Assembly: GCA_050173015.1 (NCBI GenBank)
Contig: JBFXLE010000006.1
Span: 147,665 to 211,664 of the forward strand
Direction: 5' to 3'
Length of the DNA: 64,000 bases
Origin: Calditrichaceae bacterium
GTDB lineage: Bacteria; Calditrichota; Calditrichia; Calditrichales; JBFXGD01
Made by a program: the position numbers and the translations under genes. Below are positions 22,518-33,130 of the stretch, one piece after another. How positions within the stretch are numbered: position 1 is the first letter of the stretch; each line of letters opens with the position of its first letter. The notes beneath the pieces are model-generated. The model was not told the origin of the DNA. It did no database searches and saw nothing but the letters and a program-made list of their open reading frames with translations.

Positions 22518-23523
22518 GTCAGCAGGAGTATGTTTTATTATCATCATGATCCTTATGATGTTAAACGGTTGTGATTATAAGATGTCAACAATGGGATATC
22601 CTCAGAGGATATTTGTTGTCGCGGATTCTCTTTTGTGGGAGGATGTTCAGGATGATGTACTGGAAACTTTTGAGTCAATTTTATATACCCCTCACGTTGA
22701 GCAAAGTTTTTTTCTTGAATGGATTCCGCTCAGCCGTTTAAATGAATATAAGACAAGAATGAATGTGTTTTTGATCGGTGTCGATAATGAAAAAAATCCG
22801 ACTAACGATTACATCAGTAAAATTCTTCCTGAAAATTTTAAACAGGATGTCCGGGAAAACAAGTATTTCTATTTTTTTAAAGATGATTTGTTCGCGCGGG
22901 ACCAGATTAGTTTAATCATGTACGCAAAAGACCGGTCAGCGTTAAAAAATAATTTCGCGGCTCGAAAAAATGAAATATTTGATACGTTTAATCAGAAATA
23001 TTTCGACCGGTTAAAGGCCGGCATGTACGAAAAAGGGGAACAGGTAAAGATAGAAAAACATCTCTCAGAAGAATTTGGCTGGATGGTTAAAGTACAGCAT
23101 GATTATTTTGTGGCGACCGAAGATATATCCGAAAAATATGTATGGCTGCGACGCAAAGATCCTGACCGCTGGCTTTCTGTCTGGCGGGTACGCGGAGACA
23201 GCACGTTGATCAACAGAGATTCTATGATCAAGCTTCGCGACCGAATGACCCTGAAATTTTATGAAGGCGATCACGCTATCGAAGAAGATACCTATATAAC
23301 GGAGACAAATTTTAACGGTCAGCGGACAAAAAAGCTGGTGGGACTTTGGAAGAATGATTCGTTATTGGTCGGCGGACCATTTCGAACTTATGCTGTGCAC
23401 AGCGCGATAGATTCATCACTTTATATGATAGATATCGCCGTGATGGCTCCCGGCAAAAATAAAAAACCATTTCTGGACCAGTTGGAAGTTATGGCGAATA
23501 CCTTTAAAATTGTAGGTAAATAG
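22495..23523 (+). CDS. DUF4837-like lipoprotein
   Basis: Lipobox LNGC; C-terminal GLWKN..GGPFRTY...APGKNKKPFLDQLE pattern. Confidence 0.7.
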   Translation: MKSNRPYKSAGVCFIIIMILMMLNGCDYKMSTMGYPQRIFVVADSLLWEDVQDDVLETFESILYTPHVEQSFFLEWIPLSRLNEYKTRMNVFLIGVDNEKNPTNDYISKILPENFKQDVRENKYFYFFKDDLFARDQISLIMYAKDRSALKNNFAARKNEIFDTFNQKYFDRLKAGMYEKGEQVKIEKHLSEEFGWMVKVQHDYFVATEDISEKYVWLRRKDPDRWLSVWRVRGDSTLINRDSMIKLRDRMTLKFYEGDHAIEEDTYITETNFNGQRTKKLVGLWKNDSLLVGGPFRTYAVHSAIDSSLYMIDIAVMAPGKNKKPFLDQLEVMANTFKIVGK

Positions 23524-23538
23524 AACCTGGGTGAGTCG

Positions 23539-24015
23539 TTGTACCCGACAAATGCAATCGTCGTCGGATTTATCGCGATGATTGTTTTGATATACTGGTT
23601 TTATGGATGGAGAAAGAAGCATTTAAAAGGGAAACTGGCCGAAAATCTCAAAAAAATTGACTATTTTAATGCAAAAGAATATTATCGGTCATACCTGAAT
23701 TCGATTATTCAGCAAATCGGAGCCGGTGAAATGTTATGGGTTGAAATATTCCCTTCAAATGAACCCGCGAATCGTCTTTTACTAAACAAATTACCCGGAT
23801 CCGAGTCGCTGTCCCTGACATTTCAGTTATCAGACTGGGATTTAAATGACACTAACAGAGTTATGGCGCTTGGTGCCGAATCGGTTTTACAAAAGATGTC
23901 CGGGGTTATGATACAGATTCCCCACAACTCAAAAATAACAACTGACATTATCTACTATGTATTTGAGAAACCGATGGATATGGTCCGTGTTTACCATCTT
24001 AAATTTAAATTTTAA
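23539..24015 (+). CDS. Hypothetical protein with N-terminal membrane anchor
   Basis: 158-aa ORF filling the gap in the operon; single hydrophobic helix. Confidence 0.6.
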   Translation: MYPTNAIVVGFIAMIVLIYWFYGWRKKHLKGKLAENLKKIDYFNAKEYYRSYLNSIIQQIGAGEMLWVEIFPSNEPANRLLLNKLPGSESLSLTFQLSDWDLNDTNRVMALGAESVLQKMSGVMIQIPHNSKITTDIIYYVFEKPMDMVRVYHLKFKF

Positions 24016-24024
24016 GGAGAAAAA

Positions 24025-24486
24025 ATGCCAAAGTTAGCCATACTTTTGGGCAGTAAGTCGGATAAATCGTATGCGGAATCAGCTGAAATATATTTAAAAT
24101 ATTTTGGGATTGAATATGAGATAAACATCATGTCGGCACACAGAAATCCGGCCCTGGTTACAGAGTTTGCGACAAATGCGCGTGAGAAAGGATACAGCGC
24201 AATCATTGCCGGAGCAGGAATGGCGGCGCATCTTGCCGGCGTGGTTGCCGCGCATACTGATCTGCCTGTGCTTGGCGTACCGCTTCCGGGTGGAGTAATG
24301 GATGGCTTAGACGCCTTACTGTCAACTGTTCAAATGCCTGCAGGGGTGCCGGTGGCCACTTTTGCGGTTGGAAAAGCCGGTATGAGAAATGCCGTTGTTT
24401 TTGCGGCGCAGATATTTGCATTGTCAGAACCGGGTATCCTGGAGTCACTCAAAGAATTCAGGGAAAAGGGCAGCAGACTGGATTAA
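24025..24486 (+). CDS. purE: N5-carboxyaminoimidazole ribonucleotide mutase
   Basis: GSKSD, SAHRNP, AGMAAHL, STVQMPAGVPVA. Confidence 0.96.
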   Translation: MPKLAILLGSKSDKSYAESAEIYLKYFGIEYEINIMSAHRNPALVTEFATNAREKGYSAIIAGAGMAAHLAGVVAAHTDLPVLGVPLPGGVMDGLDALLSTVQMPAGVPVATFAVGKAGMRNAVVFAAQIFALSEPGILESLKEFREKGSRLD

Positions 24487-24543
24487 TTCATTCAAAAAAA
24501 AGTCAGGTTGAACTTTGATGTTGAATAATGTATTTTAGATTCC

Positions 24544-25449
24544 ATGAAAATTATGCTGATTGGTACAGTCATATCTGATCGAATCCGGAATTATGATGGT
24601 ACGCGGTCAGAAAGTCTTGGGGGATTGCTCTTTTCGATAAACGCTTTCTCCGCGCTGATGGGGGAAACGGATCAATTGATTCCGGTTTGCCGGGTTGGAT
24701 CTGATATCTACGAGTCGGTTTTTGAGAGTCTGAAGAGAGATAAACGAATTATCACAGACCGAATAATTCGGTGTGACGGTAAAAATAATTTAGTTGACAT
24801 AACTTACACAAGTCCTTCTGAGAGGATTGAGCGGTCTTTGTATCCAATGGTGCCACTAAAATTTGAAGATCTCGGTCCCGTTTCAGATTTGGATGCCGTT
24901 TGTATCAATATGATCTCGGGTTGGGATATAGAACCGACAGCGATAGCCGGGTTGAGAAAAAAATATAGCGGAATCATTTATTTGGATTTGCACAGCGTCG
25001 CCCTTGGCCGCAACAATGATGGAAGAAGATATTATAAACCGGTTGAAGATATCCAGGAATGGATGAATAACTGCGATATTTTGCAGATGAATGAGCGCGA
25101 ATTTGATATGATTCGGGGCAATCATGATTCGGTAAATGATTTATTTATGGAATATTGCTTTTATAAGTCAAAAATAATTAATTTAACTTTAGGCGCGGAA
25201 GGGAGTCATTCGATTTTTAGGGAAGGCAAAAATCTGAAAAATATCCTTAGCCGTCCGCCTGAAGATATAAATGTGATCGATCCGACGGGCTGCGGAGACG
25301 CGTACGCGGCGGGATTTTTATCAGCATATTTGAAAAATAAAAATATTATGGACGCGGCTAACACGGCGAATAAAATTGCAGCGGTCAGCGGCGCCAGAAG
25401 AGGTTTGCCGGAAACCGATTTTCTAAAAAAGGAATTTAACCGATTATAA
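24544..25449 (+). CDS. PfkB-family carbohydrate kinase
   Basis: NERE and DPTGCGDAYAAGF signature. Confidence 0.85.
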   Translation: MKIMLIGTVISDRIRNYDGTRSESLGGLLFSINAFSALMGETDQLIPVCRVGSDIYESVFESLKRDKRIITDRIIRCDGKNNLVDITYTSPSERIERSLYPMVPLKFEDLGPVSDLDAVCINMISGWDIEPTAIAGLRKKYSGIIYLDLHSVALGRNNDGRRYYKPVEDIQEWMNNCDILQMNEREFDMIRGNHDSVNDLFMEYCFYKSKIINLTLGAEGSHSIFREGKNLKNILSRPPEDINVIDPTGCGDAYAAGFLSAYLKNKNIMDAANTANKIAAVSGARRGLPETDFLKKEFNRL

Positions 25450-26372
25450 TGACAGGAAGTTTGATGAAAAGAGTATTGGTGACCGGATCGAATGGTTTGC
25501 TTGGACAGAGTCTGTTAAAGACTTTCAGTAAGAACTATGAGGTTTTTGGAGCTTCAAAAGGAAGCGCCGAGCATGGTTCCCGTTCGGATGTTTCGTATCA
25601 CGAAGTTGATCTTACGCATCGTGGGCAGACGAACAGTTTGATTGAAGAAATCAAACCGGATGTAATTATTAACGCGGGGGCTTTTACCGCGGTCGATGCC
25701 TGCGAGGCAGAAAGAGAACTTTGCTGGAATTCAAATGTAAAAGCGGTTGAAAATATTATCGAAGGATCTGCCCGATTGAATCCCATACTGGTGCAGATCT
25801 CAACGGATTATGTGTTTGACGGAACAAATGGCCCATATAAAGAGAGTGATGTTCCGAATCCAAGAGGGGTTTACGCAAGAAGCAAGTACGCGGCTGAAAA
25901 CATAATAAAATCCGGTTCTCTGGAATATATGATCGTTCGTACTCAGGTGCTGTACGGTGTCGATAATCGCGGAAGACATAATTTTGTGTCATGGGTGATT
26001 GATCAGCTAACCCGGGGAAAAGAAATAAGGGTGGTTGGTGATCAGATTGGTAATCCTACCATTACAGATGATGTCAGTGAGGGGATCGCGAGGCTTCTGA
26101 AAGGGAATGACTACGGGATTTTTCATATTTCCGGATCTGAGATTGTAAGCCGATACCAGTTTGCGCTGAAGATCGCGGAAATATTTGAACTTGATAATTC
26201 ACTCATTAAAAAGATATCAACGGAAGAGCTGCAACAACATGCTCCTCGCCCGATGAATTCTTCTTTTATTCTGGACAAGCTGGTCAATAGGACCGGTTGG
26301 GAACCGCATGATGTCAAATCCGGATTGATGCTCTATAAAACAAAAATTGAAGAAGAACATGGTAGATCCTAA
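25449..26372 (+). CDS. rfbD: dTDP-4-dehydrorhamnose reductase
   Basis: GSNGLLG, STDYVFDG, YARSK, DQIGNPT, APRP. Confidence 0.88.
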   Translation: MTGSLMKRVLVTGSNGLLGQSLLKTFSKNYEVFGASKGSAEHGSRSDVSYHEVDLTHRGQTNSLIEEIKPDVIINAGAFTAVDACEAERELCWNSNVKAVENIIEGSARLNPILVQISTDYVFDGTNGPYKESDVPNPRGVYARSKYAAENIIKSGSLEYMIVRTQVLYGVDNRGRHNFVSWVIDQLTRGKEIRVVGDQIGNPTITDDVSEGIARLLKGNDYGIFHISGSEIVSRYQFALKIAEIFELDNSLIKKISTEELQQHAPRPMNSSFILDKLVNRTGWEPHDVKSGLMLYKTKIEEEHGRS

Positions 26373-27084
26373 AAAAGCGCTGATAATTGTTCCAACATAT
26401 AATGAAATAGAAAATGTCGAATCACTGGTAAAGGCGATTTATAATTCACAACCCGGCATAAATATTTTATTCGTGGATGATAATTCTCCGGATGGCACGG
26501 CGGATTTAATAAAAAAACTGCAGAAAGAACGGAATACAATATTTATACTTGAGCGACCCGGGAAATTGGGTCTGGGGAGCGCGTACACCGCGGGATTTAA
26601 ATACGCGCTTGAGAACGGCTATGAATATATTTTTGAAATGGATGCGGATTTTTCTCATGATCCTAAAGAAATACCGCGTTTTTTGGAGCAGATTGAGAAC
26701 TATGATCTCGTTTTAGGTTCACGGTATATTAAGGGTGTCAATGTGGTAAACTGGCCGTTGAGCAGATTGCTTTTGAGCTATTTTGCAAATATTTATACAC
26801 GATTCTCAACCGGTCTTCCGGTACGTGATTCCACCGGCGGATTTAAATGTTTTCGCAGGGAAGTACTGAGTTCAATAGGTCTGGACGAAATTAAATCCAA
26901 TGGCTATGCGTTTCAGATTGAGCTAAATTTTAAAACCTGGAAGAAAGGTTTTAAGATTAAGGAAATACCTATTATTTTTGTGGATCGTGTGTACGGCCAG
27001 TCCAAACTGTCTTCAAAAATCATGTGGGAGGCCATGTTTTTGGTCTGGAAATTAAGATTCAGCAGTCTGATTGGAAAACTTTAA
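26359..27084 (+). CDS. Polyprenol monophosphomannose synthase (GT2, Ppm1/DPM1-like)
   Basis: [40 protein letters not shown]. Confidence 0.9.
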   Translation: MVDPKKALIIVPTYNEIENVESLVKAIYNSQPGINILFVDDNSPDGTADLIKKLQKERNTIFILERPGKLGLGSAYTAGFKYALENGYEYIFEMDADFSHDPKEIPRFLEQIENYDLVLGSRYIKGVNVVNWPLSRLLLSYFANIYTRFSTGLPVRDSTGGFKCFRREVLSSIGLDEIKSNGYAFQIELNFKTWKKGFKIKEIPIIFVDRVYGQSKLSSKIMWEAMFLVWKLRFSSLIGKL

Positions 27085-27092
27085 AGGAAGAT

Positions 27093-28061
27093 ATGGCACT
27101 AAGCGCGTTAAAATTTGTTCTGGAATTTGAAAAACCGGTTGTCGAGTTGGAGAGGAAGATTCAGGAGATGCGTGAATACGCGGCTTCAACCGGAATTGAA
27201 TTAACAGATGATATAAAAAGACTGGAAAAAAAAGCCAAACAACTGCGCAAGGAAATATATGCAAATCTGACCCGCTGGCAAAGAGTGCAGCTGGCGAGAC
27301 ATCCAATGCGTCCTTTTACGCTGGATTATCTTGAAAGATTAAGCACTTATTTTGATGAATTGCACGGTGACCGTTTTTTTGCTGATGATACCGCGATTGT
27401 TTCCGGTTTCGCGAAAATTGATGATTTTTCTGTTGTAATCGTGGGACATCAAAAGGGGCGTGACACTAAATCCAATTTATACCGAAATTTTGGTATGCCA
27501 AATCCCGAGGGGTATCGTAAAGCAATGAGGATAATGAATCTCGGGGCTAAGTTTAATAAACCGATTATTACTTTTATTGATACACCGGGCGCGTTCCCGG
27601 GAATTGGAGCTGAAGAAAGAGGCCAGGCTGAGGCCATTGCTCATAATCTGTTCCAGATGTCGCATTTGCCGGTTCCGATCATTAATGTGATTATTGGGGA
27701 AGGCGCGTCCGGAGGAGCGTTGGGAATTGGTGTAGGAGATCGTATCCTGATGATGGAGAATTCCTGGTACTCGGTAATTAGCCCGGAAGGATGTGCCGCG
27801 ATTCTTTGGCGTGACTCGGCGAAAGCTCCGGAAGCAGCAGAGGCGATGAAGGTGACCGCTCCTGACCTTTTGTCTTTAAATATTATTGATGAAATAGTAA
27901 AGGAACCCGAAGGCGGAGCCCATCGTGACCATGATATGGCAGCGTCTTTATTAAAGAAGTCGATCACTAAACATCTCAGTGAACTCATGAAAATACCGGC
28001 GGATACACTGATAGAACAGCGGATTGAAAAATTCGCCAAAATGGGAGCCTGGAAGGAATGA
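27093..28061 (+). CDS. accA: Acetyl-CoA carboxylase carboxyltransferase alpha subunit
   Basis: [37 protein letters not shown] before ATG 27093. Confidence 0.96.
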   Translation: MALSALKFVLEFEKPVVELERKIQEMREYAASTGIELTDDIKRLEKKAKQLRKEIYANLTRWQRVQLARHPMRPFTLDYLERLSTYFDELHGDRFFADDTAIVSGFAKIDDFSVVIVGHQKGRDTKSNLYRNFGMPNPEGYRKAMRIMNLGAKFNKPIITFIDTPGAFPGIGAEERGQAEAIAHNLFQMSHLPVPIINVIIGEGASGGALGIGVGDRILMMENSWYSVISPEGCAAILWRDSAKAPEAAEAMKVTAPDLLSLNIIDEIVKEPEGGAHRDHDMAASLLKKSITKHLSELMKIPADTLIEQRIEKFAKMGAWKE

Positions 28062-28465
28062 TCGAGCATAGCAGTCAGTTACGTGTCCGTTATGCTGAGA
28101 CCGATCAGATGAAATTCGTGCATCACTCAAATTATATTGTTTGGTTTGAGTTTGGTCGAACCGAATTGCTAAAAGCATACGGGTTTTCTTATGCCGGGCT
28201 TGAAAAAGACGGATATCTGATGCCGGTGCTTGAAGTGAACGCGAGATACCTGAAACCCGCAAAATATGATGATCTGATTACCATAAAAACAACGATACCC
28301 TTTGTACCAAAAGCCAGAATTGGCTTTGAATATCAGGTTTTTAATGAAGGAAATCAGCTTTTATGCGAGGGTTCATCCCTTCATAGCTTTATGAATAATG
28401 GTGAGCGGGCGATTAAACCGCCAAAAAATTTCTTGATAAAAATGAAAAATTATTTTGAGGGATGA
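28058..28465 (+). CDS. Acyl-CoA thioesterase (YbgC/4HBT family)
   Basis: [22 protein letters not shown] motif. Confidence 0.9.
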   Translation: MIEHSSQLRVRYAETDQMKFVHHSNYIVWFEFGRTELLKAYGFSYAGLEKDGYLMPVLEVNARYLKPAKYDDLITIKTTIPFVPKARIGFEYQVFNEGNQLLCEGSSLHSFMNNGERAIKPPKNFLIKMKNYFEG

Positions 28466-28468
28466 AAA

Positions 28469-28633
28469 ATGCTGGATAAGGAGTTACTGGATATTTTGGC
28501 CTGCCCTAAATGTAAGGGGGATCTGGAATATAAACCGGATGAAAAACAGTTGATTTGTAATGAATGTCGTTTAATTTACAGAATTGAAGATGATATTCCG
28601 ATCATGCTGATTGATGAAGCTGAAAAATTTTAA
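28469..28633 (+). CDS. Trm112-family (YcaR-like) small protein, absent from the ORF track
   Basis: Manual translation MLDKELLDILACPKCKGDLEYKPDEKQLICNECRLIYRIEDDIPIMLIDEAEKF (54 aa); GAGG SD. Confidence 0.92.
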   Translation: MLDKELLDILACPKCKGDLEYKPDEKQLICNECRLIYRIEDDIPIMLIDEAEKF

Positions 28634-28716
28634 AATTAGTGAATAAGTTGTTTTTTTGTTCATTTTTCATTTTTTCGGCCGAATAACAGAGATAACCCTG
28701 ATTTGCCAAAATTGCC

Positions 28717-28745
28717 TTGACAATCTAAGGCTTCAGGATTAAATT
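28717..28745 (+). promoter_or_regulatory. sigma70 promoter of the porV operon
   Basis: TTGACA-N17-TAAATT. Confidence 0.65.
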
Positions 28746-28780
28746 TGAATAAATTCTTAAGAGAATGCGGAGAAGCGCCT

Positions 28781-28937
28781 ATAAGCGGTTTGTTAAAGGA
28801 AATTTGTAATAGTAAGATTTTGATCCAGAAATACATGGATACATCTGCCTATACCTTTAACAAGTTGCTTATTTTTTATTTCAAGCCGGTTAAATGGAAT
28901 CTTTCAGGTAGATTGGCCATTTAACCGGTTTTTTTTT
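28781..28937 (+). promoter_or_regulatory. Structured 5' leader with two long hairpins, the second terminator-like
   Basis: 19-bp stem 28781-28799/28854-28872 (3 G-U) + T6; 15-bp stem 28883-28897/28917-28931 + T9, immediately before SD GGAGGAG. Confidence 0.65.
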
Positions 28938-28950
28938 GGAGGAGAACAAG

Positions 28951-30042
28951 ATGAGAAAAGTTATAATCCTATCCCTGATGTTTTTGGGACTATTATCAAC
29001 CAGTGATATTGCATTCGCTCAGGGGGAAGCCGCGGTTCCATTTCTCATGATCAACCCCGGCGCGCGTAGTGGCGGACTTGGTGAAGCAGGCGTCGCGCTC
29101 GCGGAGGATGCGACAGCAGTTTACTGGAATCCGGCGGGTCTCGCGTTCCAGTATGATAATCCCGAAGTGGATTCACGCGGTGAGATATCTCTGATGCACG
29201 CGAAATGGCTCCCGCAGTTCAATTTTTCCGATCTGTTTTATGATTATCTTGCCTGGCGGTATTATATAGAAGATATCGGGATGATAGGCGGGAGTATCAC
29301 ATTTCTGAATTTGGGAGAAAATGTCTGGACGGATGAAAACAATAATGAACTTGGTACTTTTGATTCTTATGAATACGCGGTGACGCTTTCCTATGCGACC
29401 AAGTTAAAATCTAATCTTGGGATTGGCGTGAACGCAAAGATTATACAGAGTAATCTGTCTGATGTCGAAGTCGGCTCGGAGAATAAGGATGGAAAAGCCA
29501 CCGCATTTGCAGTTGATCTGGGTGTATTATGGACGCCGGGTTACGCTATATTTGATAACCGCTTAAGGCTTGGAGCAAACTTGTCAAATTTTGGACCAAA
29601 AGTAACATATATTGACAAAGACCAGGCCGATCCTCTCCCGACCAATTTACGTTTAGGTTTGGCTTATAAAATATATGATGATGAATTTAACAAAATCAAT
29701 TTTGTTTATGACCTTAACCGGTTGCTTGTCGTGAAGCACAAAGACGGCACATCCGACAACGTATTTGAAGCGACTTTTTATTCGAGCTGGGTTGAAGGTG
29801 ATTTGAGCGACCGGTTGAAAAGATTTACCCACTCATTGGGGTTGGAATACTGGTACGGCAATCTGATCGCTCTAAGGGCGGGGTATTTTTACGAAGATCC
29901 GAATTACGGTGATCGAAATTATCTCACCTTTGGCGGGGGCTTGCAATATAATATTTTTGGAATCGATTTTAGTTATGTGTCTGCCGGAGAAGAAGATCCG
30001 CTTTCCGATACCATGCGATTTTCTCTCGCGGTTCAATTCTAA
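28951..30042 (+). CDS. porV: Type IX secretion outer-membrane shuttle PorV (most canonical copy)
   Basis: AAVPFLMINPGARSGGLGEAGVA, YWNPAGLAF, WLPQ, LPTNLRLG, LRAGYFYE, PLSDTMRFSLAVQF. Confidence 0.8.
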   Translation: MRKVIILSLMFLGLLSTSDIAFAQGEAAVPFLMINPGARSGGLGEAGVALAEDATAVYWNPAGLAFQYDNPEVDSRGEISLMHAKWLPQFNFSDLFYDYLAWRYYIEDIGMIGGSITFLNLGENVWTDENNNELGTFDSYEYAVTLSYATKLKSNLGIGVNAKIIQSNLSDVEVGSENKDGKATAFAVDLGVLWTPGYAIFDNRLRLGANLSNFGPKVTYIDKDQADPLPTNLRLGLAYKIYDDEFNKINFVYDLNRLLVVKHKDGTSDNVFEATFYSSWVEGDLSDRLKRFTHSLGLEYWYGNLIALRAGYFYEDPNYGDRNYLTFGGGLQYNIFGIDFSYVSAGEEDPLSDTMRFSLAVQF

Positions 30043-30056
30043 TAATAAATTAAAGC

Positions 30057-30088
30057 GGGAAATCAGTTGATTTCCCATTGTCTTTTTC
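30057..30088 (+). terminator. Possible terminator or stabilising hairpin after porV
   Basis: GGGAAATC-AGTT-GATTTCCC; the T-tract is offset by a few bases. Confidence 0.4.
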
Positions 30089-30186
30089 GGGACTGTCCCA
30101 ATTACTGATAACTTGCCGGATATTAATGGTATTTGGAGGCTCTAAATGTCCTGACATAATCTTATCTGAAATTGAGTGACCTGAAA

Positions 30187-33117
30187 ATGATGATTCTTCG
30201 AATTCTTGGTTTTGTGCTCCCGTTAATTCTGCTGGTAAATTCCTCCTATTCTCAGCAAACCATTAAAATTTGCGCCATCAGGGTGGAATTTTTGGCTGAT
30301 GAGAATGAATTAACTTCCGGTGACGGCAAATTTATGATCGATTCCACCACTACAGATCCTTTTGCAATCGATCCTGCACCACACAACCGCACGTATTTTA
30401 ACGATCAAATGCTCGCGGCAGCTAATTATTATCAGAATGTATCAAACGGACGGATTGTTATTGAGAGTGATGTTTTCCCGCAAGCGCTGAACACCTCGTA
30501 TCAATTACCGCAAAAAATGGGGTACTATAACCCGAATACCGGCGATGCTGCTACAAATCTCGGGTTGAGCAGGCTTCTGAGCGATGCGGTAAGCGCCGCG
30601 GACGCGGATACAACATTTTTGTTTGCTGATTACGATCTGGTTATTGTTTTTCATGCCGGTGTAGGAAAAGATATTGACGTGGGGTTCGATGATACTCCAC
30701 AGGATATACCTTCCCTTTTTATCACATCGCGATTCCTGAAAACAGCCTTCGGGGAAGATTTCGAGGGTGTTTCCGCAGACAATGGTTCTTATCTGATCGA
30801 CCGGGGAATTATTATGCCGGAGACTGAAAATCAGGATGGACTGCAGATCGCCATGACCGGAATCCTTGTATCTAACATCGGGAGTTATCTTGGTCTGTAT
30901 GATTTATTCAGTCCAACAACTCAACGGTCAGGAGTTGGCAGATTTGATCTGATGGATGTGGGATTAGTGAATCTTAACGGTTTGATTCCTTCACCCCCGG
31001 GCGCCTATTCCAGAACACTTTTGGGATGGGATGAACCATATCTGGCAGATGTTCCGCAAAACGATATCCGTCTTGGAAGAATCGGGGGTAGCATTCCGGC
31101 GGACCGTCATTCTATCGTAAAAATCCCGATTAATGATGATGAATACTATCTGCTGGAAAATCGAGGCGACTATCTTGTCAATATGGATTCCTTATTTTTT
31201 GTTCTCTACGAAAGCCGTGAAACACCTCCTTCCTATCTGGAAGTATTGAAGACATATTTTCCTGATCGGATCAACGTTTCTGACTCAAGCGGAGTCCTGC
31301 TCAGTGTTGAAGATTATGACTGGGGGCTCCCCGGTTCCGGAGTCCTGATCTGGCATATAGATGAGCGTATAATCACTGAAAAAAAGGATGATAATAAAAT
31401 AAATGATGATCCGGCCCTCAGGGGGGTGGATATTGAAGAAGCCGACGGATCGCAGGATATCGGAAAATTATATTCCATCATAGAGAGCGGTTATCAGTCA
31501 GAACTTGGTACATGGCTGGATTTCTGGTTCAGGGGGAATCCGTCTCCTTTGTACAAAAATGAATTTTCAACGGTAAGCGCTCCCGCCACACGGGCAAATC
31601 TGAATAACGCGGTTTCGCATATAACACTCAAAAATTTCAGCGGCAGAAATGCGAATATGATATCCTTTGACTATCTTCGGGACTATTATGAACCCGGTTT
31701 TCCCATAAAGATTTCAGAAACAAATTCAACTTTCAACGCGATTGTAGCTGGGAAAGTGGAGAATTTTGATAACTCATTCCTGTTTGGGATTGACAACAAG
31801 GGGATTATTTACGCGGTCGGACCGGAGGGGAAGGGACTTCTAAGTGATGATGATACCGGATTGGCGGAAATCACTGCTGCTGGGGGATCTGTAAATCTTG
31901 TCTTGGCGGACGCGGATCAGAATGGCCAAAATGATTTTCTGTTTGCGTCTACTGTTGATTCCGTTTATGGGTTTGATCTGCGCTCACCTCTTGCCGCATC
32001 ACTGTTTACACCGGTTGGTACTGGTTCTGAAATCATTACACCGCTTATTGTTTCAGGGAACGCTGTTTATTTCGGATGTTCAAATGATACCGTTTATACC
32101 CTGAATTTTAACGGTGACATATCAGCGAGGTATTCAAATACTGAATTATCAACTGATTTTGTGGTTTACAACGGCCATCCGGTGTTCGCGAATGGTTTTA
32201 AGTCCGGTTCTTCCGCGATCGCGCCGATGCTCCGGGCGGATGAATTAAATCTTATCATTTATGATGACGAAACAGGCTTTTTCAGGATATTTGATGTGGA
32301 CGGCAATGAGCAGCTTACGAATTTTAAAGCCGCCTCGGTACCGACAGGACAATTCGTGGTTGCCGATTTGGATGACAATGGAACGTTTGATATTGTTTAT
32401 GCCGGTTCTGATAAAATATACGCTATAAATGCCAGAGGTTTCAGCCTTGATGGATTCCCAATCCGCGCGGATTTAACAAATGGGGAAATGTTTGTCGGTT
32501 CACCTTTAGTACTTGATGCCGATGGCAGCGGCGATGCGGATCTACTCCTTTCCACCGATAAAGGACAGGTCAGAGGATACCGGCAGAATGGCCGTCTGCT
32601 GCAGGGTTACCCGTTGGCAGCCGGAGGCGTTCTGCATGATTCACCGGTTGTTCTTCAACTTGATGGGGACGAACAACTTGAACTGGCCGTTAGAAATCTG
32701 GAAGGATCGCTCTATGTCTGGCAATTGCCGGTTACAGAAGCTGAAGCGGACATAAAATGGGGTCAGGCAAATCTTAATGAATATGCGAATGTCCTGCTTT
32801 CTGAAGGATTAATTTATAAGCCGATATCGTCTAAACTGATGCCTGCAAACAGGGTGTATAACTATCCGAATCCTAATGAAGGTGGATTTACAAAAATCAG
32901 ATATTACCTTAACGAACCGGCGACCGTCAAAATCAGGATTTTTGATACGGCGGGTATGGCGGTTGCCTCCTTTGAAGGTCCGGGATATGCTGGTGCCGAT
33001 AATGAGGTTGTCTGGAATGTCTCCGGTATCGCATCCGGCATTTATCTCTGCCAGATTGATGCTAAAGCCGATGGAAAATCTGAGTCGAAAGTTATCAAAA
33101 TTATGGTTGTTCACTAA
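30187..33117 (+). CDS. M6 (immune inhibitor A)-like protein lacking HExxH, with FG-GAP/VCBS repeats and T9SS-type CTD
   Basis: FHAGVG, LGLYDLF, EYYLLENR, GVLIWHIDE, DIEEADG; ADLDDNG-type repeats; YNYPNP...ASGIY...KIMVVH. Start codon uncertain (30172-30190). Confidence 0.8.
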   Translation: MMILRILGFVLPLILLVNSSYSQQTIKICAIRVEFLADENELTSGDGKFMIDSTTTDPFAIDPAPHNRTYFNDQMLAAANYYQNVSNGRIVIESDVFPQALNTSYQLPQKMGYYNPNTGDAATNLGLSRLLSDAVSAADADTTFLFADYDLVIVFHAGVGKDIDVGFDDTPQDIPSLFITSRFLKTAFGEDFEGVSADNGSYLIDRGIIMPETENQDGLQIAMTGILVSNIGSYLGLYDLFSPTTQRSGVGRFDLMDVGLVNLNGLIPSPPGAYSRTLLGWDEPYLADVPQNDIRLGRIGGSIPADRHSIVKIPINDDEYYLLENRGDYLVNMDSLFFVLYESRETPPSYLEVLKTYFPDRINVSDSSGVLLSVEDYDWGLPGSGVLIWHIDERIITEKKDDNKINDDPALRGVDIEEADGSQDIGKLYSIIESGYQSELGTWLDFWFRGNPSPLYKNEFSTVSAPATRANLNNAVSHITLKNFSGRNANMISFDYLRDYYEPGFPIKISETNSTFNAIVAGKVENFDNSFLFGIDNKGIIYAVGPEGKGLLSDDDTGLAEITAAGGSVNLVLADADQNGQNDFLFASTVDSVYGFDLRSPLAASLFTPVGTGSEIITPLIVSGNAVYFGCSNDTVYTLNFNGDISARYSNTELSTDFVVYNGHPVFANGFKSGSSAIAPMLRADELNLIIYDDETGFFRIFDVDGNEQLTNFKAASVPTGQFVVADLDDNGTFDIVYAGSDKIYAINARGFSLDGFPIRADLTNGEMFVGSPLVLDADGSGDADLLLSTDKGQVRGYRQNGRLLQGYPLAAGGVLHDSPVVLQLDGDEQLELAVRNLEGSLYVWQLPVTEAEADIKWGQANLNEYANVLLSEGLIYKPISSKLMPANRVYNYPNPNEGGFTKIRYYLNEPATVKIRIFDTAGMAVASFEGPGYAGADNEVVWNVSGIASGIYLCQIDAKADGKSESKVIKIMVVH

Positions 33118-33130
33118 TGCGGGAAGCTAG

